DNA of 64,000 nt from Thermoplasmata archaeon (lineage in GTDB: Archaea; Thermoplasmatota; Thermoplasmata; Lutacidiplasmatales; UBA184), in assembly GCA_033854115.1 (NCBI GenBank), contig JAWOKS010000027.1, positions 17,290 through 81,289 on the forward strand, given 5' to 3'. Below, piece after piece: positions 8,770 through 18,709 of the stretch (position 1 is its first letter; each line of letters begins with the position of its first letter). Below the pieces are notes generated by a model. The model was given only the letters and a program-made list of their open reading frames with translations. It did not search any database and was not told where the DNA came from. Both the position numbers and the translations under genes were made by a program.

Positions 8770-10026
8770 GTGGTAGGGCTCGACTCCGGGGACATTGCGT
8801 GGGTCATCACGGCGACCGCGCTCGTCATGGTCATGACCCCCGCCTTGGGGTTCTTTTACGGCGGGCTGGTCCGTCAGAAGAACCTCGTTGCGACGATCGT
8901 GCAATGCCTGATGATCTTCTCCGTCGTGAGCATTGTCTGGGCCCTCTGGGGCTACACGCTCACCTTTGGCCCGGCAGTGGGTGGCCTCATCGGCAACCTC
9001 TCGAAGATTGGACTGTTGCACGTCGGTGAGGCGGCGAACACGGCGTACTCGAGCTCCATCCCGGAGCTGCTGTTCTTCGCGTTTCAGCTGAAGTTCGCCG
9101 CGATCACTCCGGCCCTCATCATCGGAGCCTTCGCCGGTCGGGCGCGGATGAAGGGCCTACTCCTGTTCATCGTGCTCTGGACGACGCTCATCTACGTCCC
9201 GATCGCGATGTGGATCTGGAACCCCGGCGGTTGGCTCCGCGACCTCGGTGTAGTCGATTTCGCGGGGGGCCTAGTGGTCCACACTTCTGCGGGAGTCTCG
9301 GCTGTCGCCGCCGCCCTCGTGCTGGGACAGGGTAAGGACTTCGGCAGGGAAGCTCGCCCCAACAACGTCCCCTACGTCATTCTCGGGACCGCGATTCTTT
9401 GGTTCGGCTGGTTCGGCTTCAACGCCGGGAGCGCGCTCGCTGCGAACGGGCTCGCCGTGAACGCCCTCGTGGACACCAACCTTGCGGCGGCCGCCTCGGG
9501 TGTGAGCTGGATGCTGGTCGACTGGGTGCGCAAGGGCCACCCGACGGCGGTCGGAATGGCCGTGGGCGCGGTTTGCGGTCTCGCGGCGGTTACCCCTGCG
9601 GCGGGATATGTTTCTCCCTCGGCGTCAATCCTCATCGGACTCGCGGCCGGATTGCTCTGCAATTTCGTCGCGGGTTGGCGGGCCCGGTCGACGCTGGACG
9701 ATTCGTTGGACGTGTTCGCCTGCCACGGCGCGGGGGGCATGTGGGGAACCATCGCAACCGGCCTGTTCGCCTCCGTGGCGGTCAATACGGCCGGCCCGAA
9801 CGGTCTCCTGTTCGGTAACCCCCACCAGCTGCTCGTCCAGCTCTTCGGAGTGGGTGTGGTCGCGTCGTTCGCGTTCGTCGGCTCGTATCTCCTGCTCCGG
9901 GCGATCACCCTCATCACGCCCCTGCGCGTCGCCCCTGCGGCGGAGGACGCCGGCCTCGACCTCGCCGAGTTCGGTGAGGAAGCCTACGACCCGTCACGCG
10001 GCCCGAGCGCTACTGGACCGCCCTAG
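8770..10026 (+). CDS. amt: ammonium transporter (Amt/MEP family)
   Basis: DIAWVITATALVMVMTPALGFFYGGLVRQKN is the Amt signature. 11 TM helices. A conserved twin-His region is visible (VVHTSAGVSAVAAALVLG...FACHGAGGMWGT). GTG start at 8770. Confidence 0.85.
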   Translation: MVGLDSGDIAWVITATALVMVMTPALGFFYGGLVRQKNLVATIVQCLMIFSVVSIVWALWGYTLTFGPAVGGLIGNLSKIGLLHVGEAANTAYSSSIPELLFFAFQLKFAAITPALIIGAFAGRARMKGLLLFIVLWTTLIYVPIAMWIWNPGGWLRDLGVVDFAGGLVVHTSAGVSAVAAALVLGQGKDFGREARPNNVPYVILGTAILWFGWFGFNAGSALAANGLAVNALVDTNLAAAASGVSWMLVDWVRKGHPTAVGMAVGAVCGLAAVTPAAGYVSPSASILIGLAAGLLCNFVAGWRARSTLDDSLDVFACHGAGGMWGTIATGLFASVAVNTAGPNGLLFGNPHQLLVQLFGVGVVASFAFVGSYLLLRAITLITPLRVAPAAEDAGLDLAEFGEEAYDPSRGPSATGPP

Positions 10027-11062
10027 GAGAGCGAGCCCGATGCCGCGCGGCTGCGATCCGCGGTTCGGGCGGGACTCACTTTCCGACCCGAAGCAACCGC
10101 CCGACGTAGACCGCGCTGGGTCCGAGACTACCGTTCGGCGCCGTAGGACGGCGGGACCTGCTCAGGACGGGCGGTCCGGCGCGTCCCGGCCACGAGAGTC
10201 AGGCAACCGTACCGCACCACTGAGGTGGCCTGTAGCCCCGTCGTGAGCGCAAACTACGGCACCAGAGATGACCAGAAGTTCAACACCGGGAGCAGCCTGG
10301 GCAAGTCCAACCCTTGGAGGCTCGCCAGGAGGCTATGTCGTGGGTTGCAGGGGAGTTCCGTGGGCGAGCATCCCCCAGTGGTTCAAACTTGTGCGAAAGG
10401 GGTTCCTATTCCATGGTGTTGACAAGTGACGCGCTGTACCGTCCGGTCCATCACGACCGAGTCAGCTCCGCCTCTTGCTTGCAGTCGAGAAGGATCAGCT
10501 GACAGGCCCCACACCGCCAGCCGCCGTAGTTGTGCACTCCGATCGAGTGGGGACGGATGGGTAGCATGTCCCCTCTGAGCCACAATCGCTCTTTCTGAGA
10601 ACTGAAGCTGATCCGGGCGTTTGTTCCTACGAACCCGCTCTCCATCGGACTCCTGCACCGTGGGCAACGAGGCGCAGAAGGGAGCGCCGTCGATCTCGCC
10701 GACGGCGCCAGGATACTTGAGGTTCGAGGGCAGGGCCGCTCGACCCTGGCGTCCTCGCACGCGGGGCACGGGGTCGTAGCGCTCCTCCGCCACGGGCGAG
10801 CCTCATGTCGAGAAGAACCTGACCCTTGGGCGCATCACGGTGCCGACCGTTCACTCCTGCCGTGGAGCTCGTGGTCGCGGGGGTTTGAGATGAGCGCCAG
10901 GGCTCATCGCCTCCGGGCCGCCCTGCCGGCGCGAACCCCCACGGGAAGCCAATATAGGATGGGGTCCCGGACGGGGGAGCGCCCCGCGCCGAGGCACGCG
11001 GTCTCTCGATGCGGCGTCCTCCCGGTCGAGGGGGTTAATCTATCCGGGGACGATTCCGGCGC

Positions 11063-13078
11063 GTGGGTGCTCCCCGCCGTCTCGCCGCGATCATGTTCAC
11101 CGACATGGTCGGCTCCACCGCCCTCGGGCAGGTTGACGAGGCGGCTTCTTTGGCCCTGACCGAGGAGATGCGAACTCGCTTGCGGCCGCTCTTCCGGGAC
11201 CACCGCGGGCGTGTGATCAAGACGATGGGGGATGGCTTCCTGATCGAATTCCTGAGCGCCCTCGAGGCCGTGACCTGTGGGCTCGAGATCCAGCGGTCGA
11301 TCCTGGAACGCAATGTCTCGATCCGTCAGGGTCCGCGACTTCTGGTGAGGATCGGCATCCACCTCGGAGACGTGGTGGAGGTGGACGGAGACATTTCCGG
11401 AGATGCGGTGAACATCGCCTCGCGCATCGAGCCCCTCGCGGAGCCGGGCGGGCTCTGCGTCACCGAGCAGGTGTACGCCCAGGTCCGACACAAGGTCAGC
11501 CCCCCGTTCCAGAAGCTCCCGCCGCGCCCTCTCAAAGGGGTCCAGGACCCGATCGATGTCTACGGGCTGGTGCCGACCGAGCGGCCGGACGAGGCGCCCT
11601 CCGGGCGACCCTCCCCGCCGCGTATCGCCGTGCTGCCCCTCGCGAACATCAGCCCGGACCCGAGCGACGAGTACTTCGCGGACGGTCTGACCGAGGAGCT
11701 CATCACCGTGCTCTCCCAGATCCGCGGCCTAAGGGTGATCGCCCGGACGTCGGTCGCGCAGTACAAGGGGTCGACCCGGTCCATCCCGCAGATCGGCCGG
11801 GAGTTGGGCGTGGACTCGATCCTCGAGGGGAGCGTCCGCAAGGCCGGTGACCAGCTCCGGATCACCCTGCAGATGATCGAGGTCGCGACGGAGGAGCACC
11901 GTTGGGCCCACACGTACGACCGGCGCCTGGAGAACATCTTCGCCGTCCAGCGGGAGATCGCCGAGCGCACGGCCGAGACCCTGCGGATCGAGCTCCTTTC
12001 GGCGGAGCGGGACGCTCTGGTGCAGAGGCCGACGACGAGTTCCGCCGCTTACAGCCTCTACCTGAGGGGCCTCCACGCCCTGCGCGCGACCGCCTCGCTG
12101 GACGACGCGGGCGCGGTCTCCTACTTCGAGGCGGCCCTCCGCGAGGACCCGCGCTTTTCCCCGCCGTACTCCGTCCTCGCGAACGTGCTCATCGGCGCGT
12201 CCGGGGAGACGCGACCGAGCCGGGAGGTCCTTCCTCGGGCCCGGGAACTGGTGAACCGCGCGCTCGAGCTGGACCCGGAGTCGTCCGATGCGCACTGCGC
12301 ACGGGGAAACCTCGCGATGCAGGACACCCACGACTGGGAGCTGGCCGAGCAGGAATTCCTGCGGGCGATCGGGCTGAACCCCAGCAGCTCCACGGCCCGC
12401 TTCTGGTTCGGCGTCCTCCTGTTGACCCTGCAACGGACCGTCGAGGCCGAAACGCAGCTCCGCCTCGCGATCGAGCTGGACCCCTTGATCACGGCCCCCA
12501 AGATGGTCCTCGTGCGGGTGTTCATGGCCGACGGGAAGTTCGATCGGGCCCTGGACCTGCTGCGCGCGATCCTCCGCAGCTCGCCGGAGCGCGCGGACCT
12601 CTACAGCGTCTGGACCGGATGGTGCCTTTTCTTGGACGGCCGCCCGGAGGAGGCGCGGCGGGAGGCCGACGCGTGGTTGCCGAAGCAGGACCGCCCGGGA
12701 CACCCGGGGCCGGCACTTCTCCAGGCCGCCCTGGGGAACCCCGCTCCCGCCCGCGCGTGGCTTTCCGCCCTGGAGGGAGGCTCCGCCCCCGGGTTCCACA
12801 CCCTCTCCCATGCGGCCGCGGCCTGTGCGGTCCTCGGAGAAACGCAGAAGGCGTTGGACCTATTGGAACGCGATCTCCGCGAGGGCGAGAGGAACCTGTG
12901 GTTCGTCTACGACTTCCCGTCGTTCGATCCGCTCCGTGCCGAGCCGAGATTCCTCGCGATGCTGAGGTCGATGAACCTTCCCACCACGCCCGGCGCGCGA
13001 AGACTGTGGTCGCGCGCGGTGCCCCGCGGCGGAGCCCCTGCGCTTACCGGGGACAGGCCCTCATCCCCCGGAAGCTGA
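11063..13078 (+). CDS. adenylate/guanylate cyclase (class III CHD) domain protein with a TolB-N-like region and C-terminal TPR repeats
   Basis: RRLAAIMFTDMVGSTAL...IKTMGDGFLIEF...IGIHLGDVV are cyclase-homology-domain metal/substrate motifs. This is followed by VLPLANISPDPSDEYFADGLTEELITVLS and then TPR-like helical repeats. Confidence 0.8.
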   Translation: MGAPRRLAAIMFTDMVGSTALGQVDEAASLALTEEMRTRLRPLFRDHRGRVIKTMGDGFLIEFLSALEAVTCGLEIQRSILERNVSIRQGPRLLVRIGIHLGDVVEVDGDISGDAVNIASRIEPLAEPGGLCVTEQVYAQVRHKVSPPFQKLPPRPLKGVQDPIDVYGLVPTERPDEAPSGRPSPPRIAVLPLANISPDPSDEYFADGLTEELITVLSQIRGLRVIARTSVAQYKGSTRSIPQIGRELGVDSILEGSVRKAGDQLRITLQMIEVATEEHRWAHTYDRRLENIFAVQREIAERTAETLRIELLSAERDALVQRPTTSSAAYSLYLRGLHALRATASLDDAGAVSYFEAALREDPRFSPPYSVLANVLIGASGETRPSREVLPRARELVNRALELDPESSDAHCARGNLAMQDTHDWELAEQEFLRAIGLNPSSSTARFWFGVLLLTLQRTVEAETQLRLAIELDPLITAPKMVLVRVFMADGKFDRALDLLRAILRSSPERADLYSVWTGWCLFLDGRPEEARREADAWLPKQDRPGHPGPALLQAALGNPAPARAWLSALEGGSAPGFHTLSHAAAACAVLGETQKALDLLERDLREGERNLWFVYDFPSFDPLRAEPRFLAMLRSMNLPTTPGARRLWSRAVPRGGAPALTGDRPSSPGS

Positions 13079-15013
13079 ACGGCGGTCGGGGGACAGGTTC
13101 ATTCCCCGGACCAGGGCGACGAACCGTGGGTCCCCGCGTATCGGGTCGAAATAGGGAGTCAGATAGTTGAACCAGAGACCCCTTTCGCCCGCCCGGTCCT
13201 CGCGCTCCAGGAGCGCCAGGGCCTTCTCGCGCTCCCCGAGCACCGCGTACAGGCCGGCGATCCAAGTGCCCGCGGCGTACTCCTGGAGCCGGCCCTGCTC
13301 CCAGTCCTCGAGCACGGACCGGGCTTCGGAAGCGTCCCCCAGCCAGGCGAGCAGGAGGGCTCGCCCGAACCGGTCGTGGAACGTGGCGGGAGAAGGCAGG
13401 TTCCGGGCGATCGCCTTCGCGTCGTCGGTCCTCCCGCGGAGGTAGTAGACGATCCCCAGGTTGACCCGCGGGTAGGCGAAGGCGGGCGCGCGCCGGACGA
13501 GCTCCTCGGCGAGGGCCAGAGCCTGGTCGAGCCGTGCCGAGGCGAAGTGGGTGTACATCAGGGAGTCGAGATAGGCAAGGCGGTGGGGTTCCAGGTCGAT
13601 CGCGGCCCGGAGCTCCCGCTCCGACTCGTCGAACCGCTGGAGGGTGCGCAGCAGGAGGCCGTACCAGTATCGAGCGAACGCATCGCTCGGCTTGAGCTCG
13701 AGGGCCCGTCGGAATTCTTCCTCGGCGAGCGACCAATCCAGGTCCGCCTGCATCGCGAGGTTGCCCTTCGCGGAATGCGCGTCGGAGGAGTCGGGGTCGA
13801 GCGCGAGGGCTCGTGCCACCAGCTCCCGGGCGCGGGGAAAGACCTCCCGTCCCGGGCTCAGCGCCCCGGCGGCGCCGAGGAGCAGGTGCGCTCGGTACGA
13901 GCACGCGGCGGCGAAGTTCGGGTCCTCGCGGATCGCCTGGTCGAGCAGTTGGCCGGCTCGCTCGAAGTCGACCCTCGTGTACGTTCGATACGCGTGGATC
14001 GCCTGCAGGAACAACCCGTACGCGGCGAGGTTCTGGGTCGGTTGACGTGCGATCGCCTCCCGATCCTGGCTGCCCAGCTGGAGCTTCAGCGCCTCCGCGG
14101 TGCGCTCGGCTACCTCGCGCTGGATCGCGAAGACGTTCTCCAGGCGACGGTCGTACGATTGCGCCCACAGGTGCTCCTCCGTACTCACGTCGACCAGCTG
14201 CATGGTGATGCGGAGCTGGTCTCCGGCCTTGCGAACGCTCCCCTCCAGGACCGTGGCCACGCCGAGTTCACCCCCGATCTGCGCGATCGGCTTGCTGGTG
14301 GCCTTGTACTGGCCGACAGAGGTCCGGGCGATCACCCGCAGGCCTTGGAGCTGAGAGAGAACGCTGATCAGCTCCTCGGTGAGGCCGTCAGCGAAGTACT
14401 CGTCGGCGGGGTCGGGGCTGATGTTCGCGAGCGGCAGGACCGCGAGGCGTGGCGGACCAGGGCGAGCCGCCTCGCGGACGTCGCCGACGGTTGACCACGG
14501 CAGGACGACCCGATAGACGCTCGTCGGCTCGCGAACGCCCTTCAGCGCCCGGGCGCCGAGCGGCTCGAGCGGGTAGGAGACCTTGTTGCGGACCTGGGCG
14601 TGGACCTGCTCGGAAAGGGTCACGCCCCCCTCCTCCGCCAACGGCTGGATCCGGGACGCGACATTCACCGCGTCGCCCGAGATGTCGCCCTTCGACTCGA
14701 CCACGTCCCCGAGGTGGATCCCGACCCTCAGACGGACCGCACGCTCCGGCGGGTGCGTGAGATTGTGCTCGCGTGCCTCGCGCTGGATCTGGACCCCGCA
14801 CTCCAGCGCCTCGAGCGCGCTGGAGAATTCCACCAGGAAGCCGTCCCCCAGGGACTTGACCTCGCGACCGTGGTGTCGACGGAAGATGGGCCGGACGAGC
14901 TTGCGGTGCTCCTCTCCCACCGCGAGCGCGAGGGCCTCGTCCCTCTGAGCCAGGGCCGTCGAGCCCACCATGTCCGTGAACATTATCGCCGCAAGCCGGC
15001 GCAAACGCGGCAC
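13061..15013 (-). CDS. adenylate/guanylate cyclase domain + TPR protein, paralog of 11063..13078, convergent with it
   Basis: Same architecture and roughly 60-65% identity by eye (MPRLRRLAAIMFTDMVGSTALAQRDEALAL...). The 3' ends of the two genes overlap by 18 nt. Confidence 0.8.
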   Translation of the reverse strand: MPRLRRLAAIMFTDMVGSTALAQRDEALALAVGEEHRKLVRPIFRRHHGREVKSLGDGFLVEFSSALEALECGVQIQREAREHNLTHPPERAVRLRVGIHLGDVVESKGDISGDAVNVASRIQPLAEEGGVTLSEQVHAQVRNKVSYPLEPLGARALKGVREPTSVYRVVLPWSTVGDVREAARPGPPRLAVLPLANISPDPADEYFADGLTEELISVLSQLQGLRVIARTSVGQYKATSKPIAQIGGELGVATVLEGSVRKAGDQLRITMQLVDVSTEEHLWAQSYDRRLENVFAIQREVAERTAEALKLQLGSQDREAIARQPTQNLAAYGLFLQAIHAYRTYTRVDFERAGQLLDQAIREDPNFAAACSYRAHLLLGAAGALSPGREVFPRARELVARALALDPDSSDAHSAKGNLAMQADLDWSLAEEEFRRALELKPSDAFARYWYGLLLRTLQRFDESERELRAAIDLEPHRLAYLDSLMYTHFASARLDQALALAEELVRRAPAFAYPRVNLGIVYYLRGRTDDAKAIARNLPSPATFHDRFGRALLLAWLGDASEARSVLEDWEQGRLQEYAAGTWIAGLYAVLGEREKALALLEREDRAGERGLWFNYLTPYFDPIRGDPRFVALVRGMNLSPDRRSASGG

Positions 15014-15208
15014 GACTCCCTCAGGGAGAAGCTGGGATTAAAGGCCGTGTCCCGCTCGAACTGAGGCGATTCAGGTCGTGGCAGTGGGTGCGGCCCATGA
15101 TGCGCGCCAATGACGTCGCACGATGGTCCCTCCAGAAACTTGATGCACCGTCCTGCATCTCTTGCGACCTGAGTCGGCCCTGCGTCTCGAAGCAAGGTCG
15201 AACTGGAA

Positions 15209-15925
15209 ATGGGCCCGAATGCCCGCCTCGCTGCCACCCTCGGAACGGCAGTCCCATCGGTCGCGACCATATTCATAGCGTTGTCCATGGGATGGTGGGT
15301 AATCCACACCGACGCGAATCCCTGGACAATTGGAGGCCACGAGTACCATTTCGTCGCGACGTCCACCGACCTGCCGGGCTCGAGCTATCGCACTCAATGC
15401 TGGGTGAACAATACCTCCATGCCGGGGTTCGGATCCCTTTGCGCGGCGGGGGAAGCCCAGGGGTACCTCACTCCGTACTATTCTTCGGGGGAGGGAAGTG
15501 CGAGTCTTGCCCAACTCTACTCAAACCTGTTCTGGGTGGTGTTGCTCTCGGGCGGAGCAGGTGTGGTCGGGGTCTCGGGCGTGGTGGCGCAACCTGCGCT
15601 CGCTCGACGCGTCCCGGCGTTCCCTTTCAGTTTCTTCTGGGCCATCCTGCTCGTCGCAGGGCTCATCGCTGTGGCGACCCCCCTCGGGTTCATGGTCGCG
15701 GAGCCGGGGGCCTACACGACGATCCATCCGGCAACCGCAGTCAACTCGTTCTGGGGAAGCTGTGCTTCCACGACCGAGCCAGGGTACTGTGGACCAAACG
15801 GCACGCAGTCCTGGGGACCCGGAGCCGGCTGGTTTCTCGCCTTCCTAGGAGGGGGCCTCCTTGTGGTCTCGGGCGTTGTGGGTCGAGGAATGGCTCGGAC
15901 TGCGCATCGACCATCGAACCGATGA
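15209..15925 (+). CDS. hypothetical membrane/secreted protein
   Basis: N-terminal TM (VATIFIALSMGWWVI) and two further hydrophobic segments. It lies in a lower-GC stretch and has no recognisable family. Confidence 0.4.
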   Translation: MGPNARLAATLGTAVPSVATIFIALSMGWWVIHTDANPWTIGGHEYHFVATSTDLPGSSYRTQCWVNNTSMPGFGSLCAAGEAQGYLTPYYSSGEGSASLAQLYSNLFWVVLLSGGAGVVGVSGVVAQPALARRVPAFPFSFFWAILLVAGLIAVATPLGFMVAEPGAYTTIHPATAVNSFWGSCASTTEPGYCGPNGTQSWGPGAGWFLAFLGGGLLVVSGVVGRGMARTAHRPSNR

Positions 15926-16157
15926 GAAGGCGTCGTGGGCCGGTTCGGACCACGTAGCCCCCGGTCCACCCTGCAGGATAGGGCGCAAGGCCACGGCAGG
16001 CGGACCCACATGGTGGGCGGCGCTCCTTGAAGTGATTCGGACCTCCTCCTCGGTGGCAGGCCAGTCGTTCATCCCCCCGCCGATCGTTACGCGAGGGGGG
16101 GCCTCTTCTGGGGACCCCCTCCGGACGGAAGGATGCAAATCCGCGGTCGCCCGTGGG

Positions 16158-16412
16158 GTAACCGTGGCTGCCTCGCGGCGCCTTGAGGCGATCACGTTCA
16201 CGGACTTAGCAGATTTCACCTCAACCACGCAGACGGAAGAGCCTCGTGCGTCACGAGTTCTCGAGGACCAGGAACGACTGCTTCGCTCGATCCGAGGGTT
16301 GCATGGTGGGCGCCGAGCAGGATCGATGGGGGACGGCCGGCTAGTCGAGTTCCCGAACGCTCTCGATGCGGTGGAGTGTGCCATCGACCTCCAGCGGCAC
16401 GTTCGCGATCGC
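16158..16412 (+). pseudogene. decayed fragment of a third adenylate/guanylate cyclase domain gene
   Basis: RRLEAITFTDLADFTSTTQ...MGDGRLVEFPNALDAVECAIDLQRHVRD aligns to the N-terminal CHD of the two intact paralogs. It loses similarity after about 85 aa and has no TPR part. Confidence 0.5.
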
Positions 16413-16455
16413 AGCGCCCGAGCCGGCAAGACACGGGATTGCGGAGAATCGAACG

Positions 16456-16842
16456 TCAGGCCCGCTTCGAGACTATCTCCACAAGATTCCCGTCAGGGTC
16501 CCTGAAAGTCGCGTTGCGATTGTTGTTCCCCGTGTCGTGAGGAGGCTGTACGGCCGGCACCCCCGCGGCCTTAAGGCGATGGAACGTCGTGTCCACGTCG
16601 CCCGTCCAGAGGACCAGCGCCATGGCTGGGCTTCCTGGAAGGGCATCCACCCCATGCACACGCTTCGCCGCCTCGACCGTCCCCAGTCCCAGGGTAAACC
16701 CTCCGACCTTGAACTCCACATGGGTAGGGGTCCCGGTCTTGGGGGTTCGGAACGTCTCCCTGAGCTCGAGGAGATCCCGGTAGAACCGGATGGCGGCGTC
16801 GATGTCTCGTGTATACAGGTTGACGAGTCCATCTGCGAACAC
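16456..16842 (-). CDS. VOC family protein (glyoxalase / bleomycin-resistance fold)
   Basis: 128 aa. LVNLYTRDIDAAIRFYRDLLEL ... HVEFKV ... FRDPDGNLVEIV is the typical paired beta-alpha-beta-beta-beta VOC pattern. Confidence 0.7.
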   Translation of the reverse strand: MFADGLVNLYTRDIDAAIRFYRDLLELRETFRTPKTGTPTHVEFKVGGFTLGLGTVEAAKRVHGVDALPGSPAMALVLWTGDVDTTFHRLKAAGVPAVQPPHDTGNNNRNATFRDPDGNLVEIVSKRA

Positions 16843-16909
16843 GGTGCCCGTCAGGAGGCGAGGTTACGTATCGGTTTGGGCCGGCCCATTGGGGAACCAC
16901 GCACGCGAT

Positions 16910-17446
16910 TCACCCGCCGGCCGTGCGTCTCGTAAGGTACCTTAGGATCGCGCCGGCCGTCGCCTCGGCAGGACCCGACGCGTCTATCGTCACTCCGCAG
17001 GGAACCTCGGCGACCAACTTGTAGACCTCCTTGACCGCCTGTTCCCCCTGCTGGTTCCCTCCTTGGGGTTCCACGCCGGCAAGAGGGAGGGGCCGCGTCT
17101 TGTCCCGCTCGACGCACACCCGCAACGGTGCCGCCAAAGTGAAGACCTGCAAGCCCCCGTCGGACCGCCCTGCAAGATCGTCGAGTTGCTCCCTCCAATA
17201 GAAACACCCGTCGAAGATCACGGACTGCCCGGCTTCCAGGGATGGTTGGGCCTGATCCGCCGCGATCGCGTTGGCTCTGAGAAAGCTCCGGAGCGAGATC
17301 CTGTCATCATCCCATTCCTCGAGCTCGTGGTCCTCCAGTATCCGGTCGATTGAAATGTAGTGAGCTTCGAGCGTTCGAGCCAGAGTGATGGCGATCGTCG
17401 ACTTCCCGACACCCAGAGGCCCTCGGATTACGACCGAGTAGGTCAT
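16910..17446 (-). CDS. P-loop NTPase / small-molecule kinase-like protein (AAA_33/TmrB-like)
   Basis: Walker A VIRGPLGVGKSTIA at the N-terminus of a ~178-aa protein. The ATG at 17446 is chosen over the upstream in-frame extension. Confidence 0.55.
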   Translation of the reverse strand: MTYSVVIRGPLGVGKSTIAITLARTLEAHYISIDRILEDHELEEWDDDRISLRSFLRANAIAADQAQPSLEAGQSVIFDGCFYWREQLDDLAGRSDGGLQVFTLAAPLRVCVERDKTRPLPLAGVEPQGGNQQGEQAVKEVYKLVAEVPCGVTIDASGPAEATAGAILRYLTRRTAGG

Positions 17447-17986
17447 CCCGAGGCCGAACGGTCCGTTCGGGACTATAGCAGCTCTGGTCCTGTCGCGCGA
17501 GGAGCAACCCCACGAGCTGGCCCAAGGGGACCGGCTCACGTGTCAGTCTGATCTCGGTCAGCGTGCACCGTTTTGAGACCGATGCCCCTCGAAGTAATCC
17601 GGGGTCATCCGAGAGGGACGGCAGGACTGGGCGGGGCGTCGTTCCACGTGAGGTTCCAAGTAGAACCAGTCAGGTGAGGGAACCGTGGCCGTTTAGGTGC
17701 GAGACACCCCACAGATTCCCGTCCCGATTCACCTCCTTGGGATTTCGGGAGGCCGGGAGTGTTCCTCCGACTCGCTGCGCTGCTCGAGATCGCGACCTCC
17801 CAGATCCCTCCCTCCGAGACGTTTGCGCGGGTCAGGGCATTCGCGTTGGTGGCTGGAGCCGTCGTCTTCCCCGGGTAGGCCCCGACCCGCCGGCGCACGT
17901 GGACGGCCGACCACCAGGGGCGCGACGAGCAGCAAGGCTGAACGGGCCACACGGCCCAGGGAACACGACGACGACGCGTCGAACGT

Positions 17987-18622
17987 TCACTCCGGCACAC
18001 CGCCAAGAAGTTCACCACAATCGCGACAGTTGGTCGCTCCGGCCGCGTTCAAGGTGCCGCAACGCGGGCAAACGTCCACCGTCGAAGGGACCAGGACGAA
18101 GTGCGGCCCCTTGGGTGTCGAAACGGCCAGCAACCCCCCCGTGAGGCAGAGCGCCATTCCCACGAGGAAGCCGCCCCCGCTGGCAAGCGATGCTGCCGCG
18201 AGAATAAGGACGAGAATCCCCGTCTCGGTCCGTCGGTGGTCCCACCCAAACCGAAGGACGAGACCCAGTCCGAGGAGAATCAGCCCGAGGGTGATCCCGA
18301 GCCCCCCCAACGGCTGGAGGTTGTCCGGATGGGCCTGGCTGAGACCGATCGGGGCGGGATGGCCACTCGTCCAAGCGATTCCCTCGAGCAGGATGAGGAT
18401 GCTTCCGATCAGGATCGCGATGAACGCAGCGACGACCCGTTGGTCCGGAACTTCCACCAAATGAGTCCCGGGCTGGGGAGACCTGCCGACGGCTGCCGCA
18501 TCTGGCCCTTCATCTCTCGTCGACAAGGACCGCACCCGCGAAGCGAGACCCGGAAGGGCCGCGGCCCAAGTAAGCTTGCTCCAGATCGGGTACCTTGACC
18601 TCGCGCGCCTGCGCGAATGCAA
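17987..18622 (-). CDS. hypothetical polytopic membrane protein with a C-terminal zinc-ribbon (CPRCG...CRDCG)
   Basis: Four hydrophobic helices followed by a CxxC-x11-CxxC motif. The start position is uncertain. Confidence 0.4.
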   Translation of the reverse strand: MHSRRRARSRYPIWSKLTWAAALPGLASRVRSLSTRDEGPDAAAVGRSPQPGTHLVEVPDQRVVAAFIAILIGSILILLEGIAWTSGHPAPIGLSQAHPDNLQPLGGLGITLGLILLGLGLVLRFGWDHRRTETGILVLILAAASLASGGGFLVGMALCLTGGLLAVSTPKGPHFVLVPSTVDVCPRCGTLNAAGATNCRDCGELLGGVPE

Positions 18623-18709
18623 GGTGCGCTACCGCTTGATCTTCGACGGGGTCGCCATCGGCGCGACGACGGATTGACGGCCGGTCGAATCACCCTGCGG
18701 GACGTGACG

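Noticed and set aside
7998-8834. 278-aa minus-strand ORF (and 8249..8776 on the plus strand)
   Set aside because: Arg/Pro/His/Asp-rich low-complexity translations with no motif. Typical GC-bias pseudo-ORFs in the gene-poor stretch between the tRNA-linked insertion and amt.
10200-10700. RNase P RNA in the amt-downstream spacer
   Set aside because: GGCAAGUCC superficially resembles the GGAAAGUCCGG of CR-I, but the other universally conserved blocks (AGGGUGAAA..GUAAGAGC, ACAGAANCCGGCUUA) are absent.
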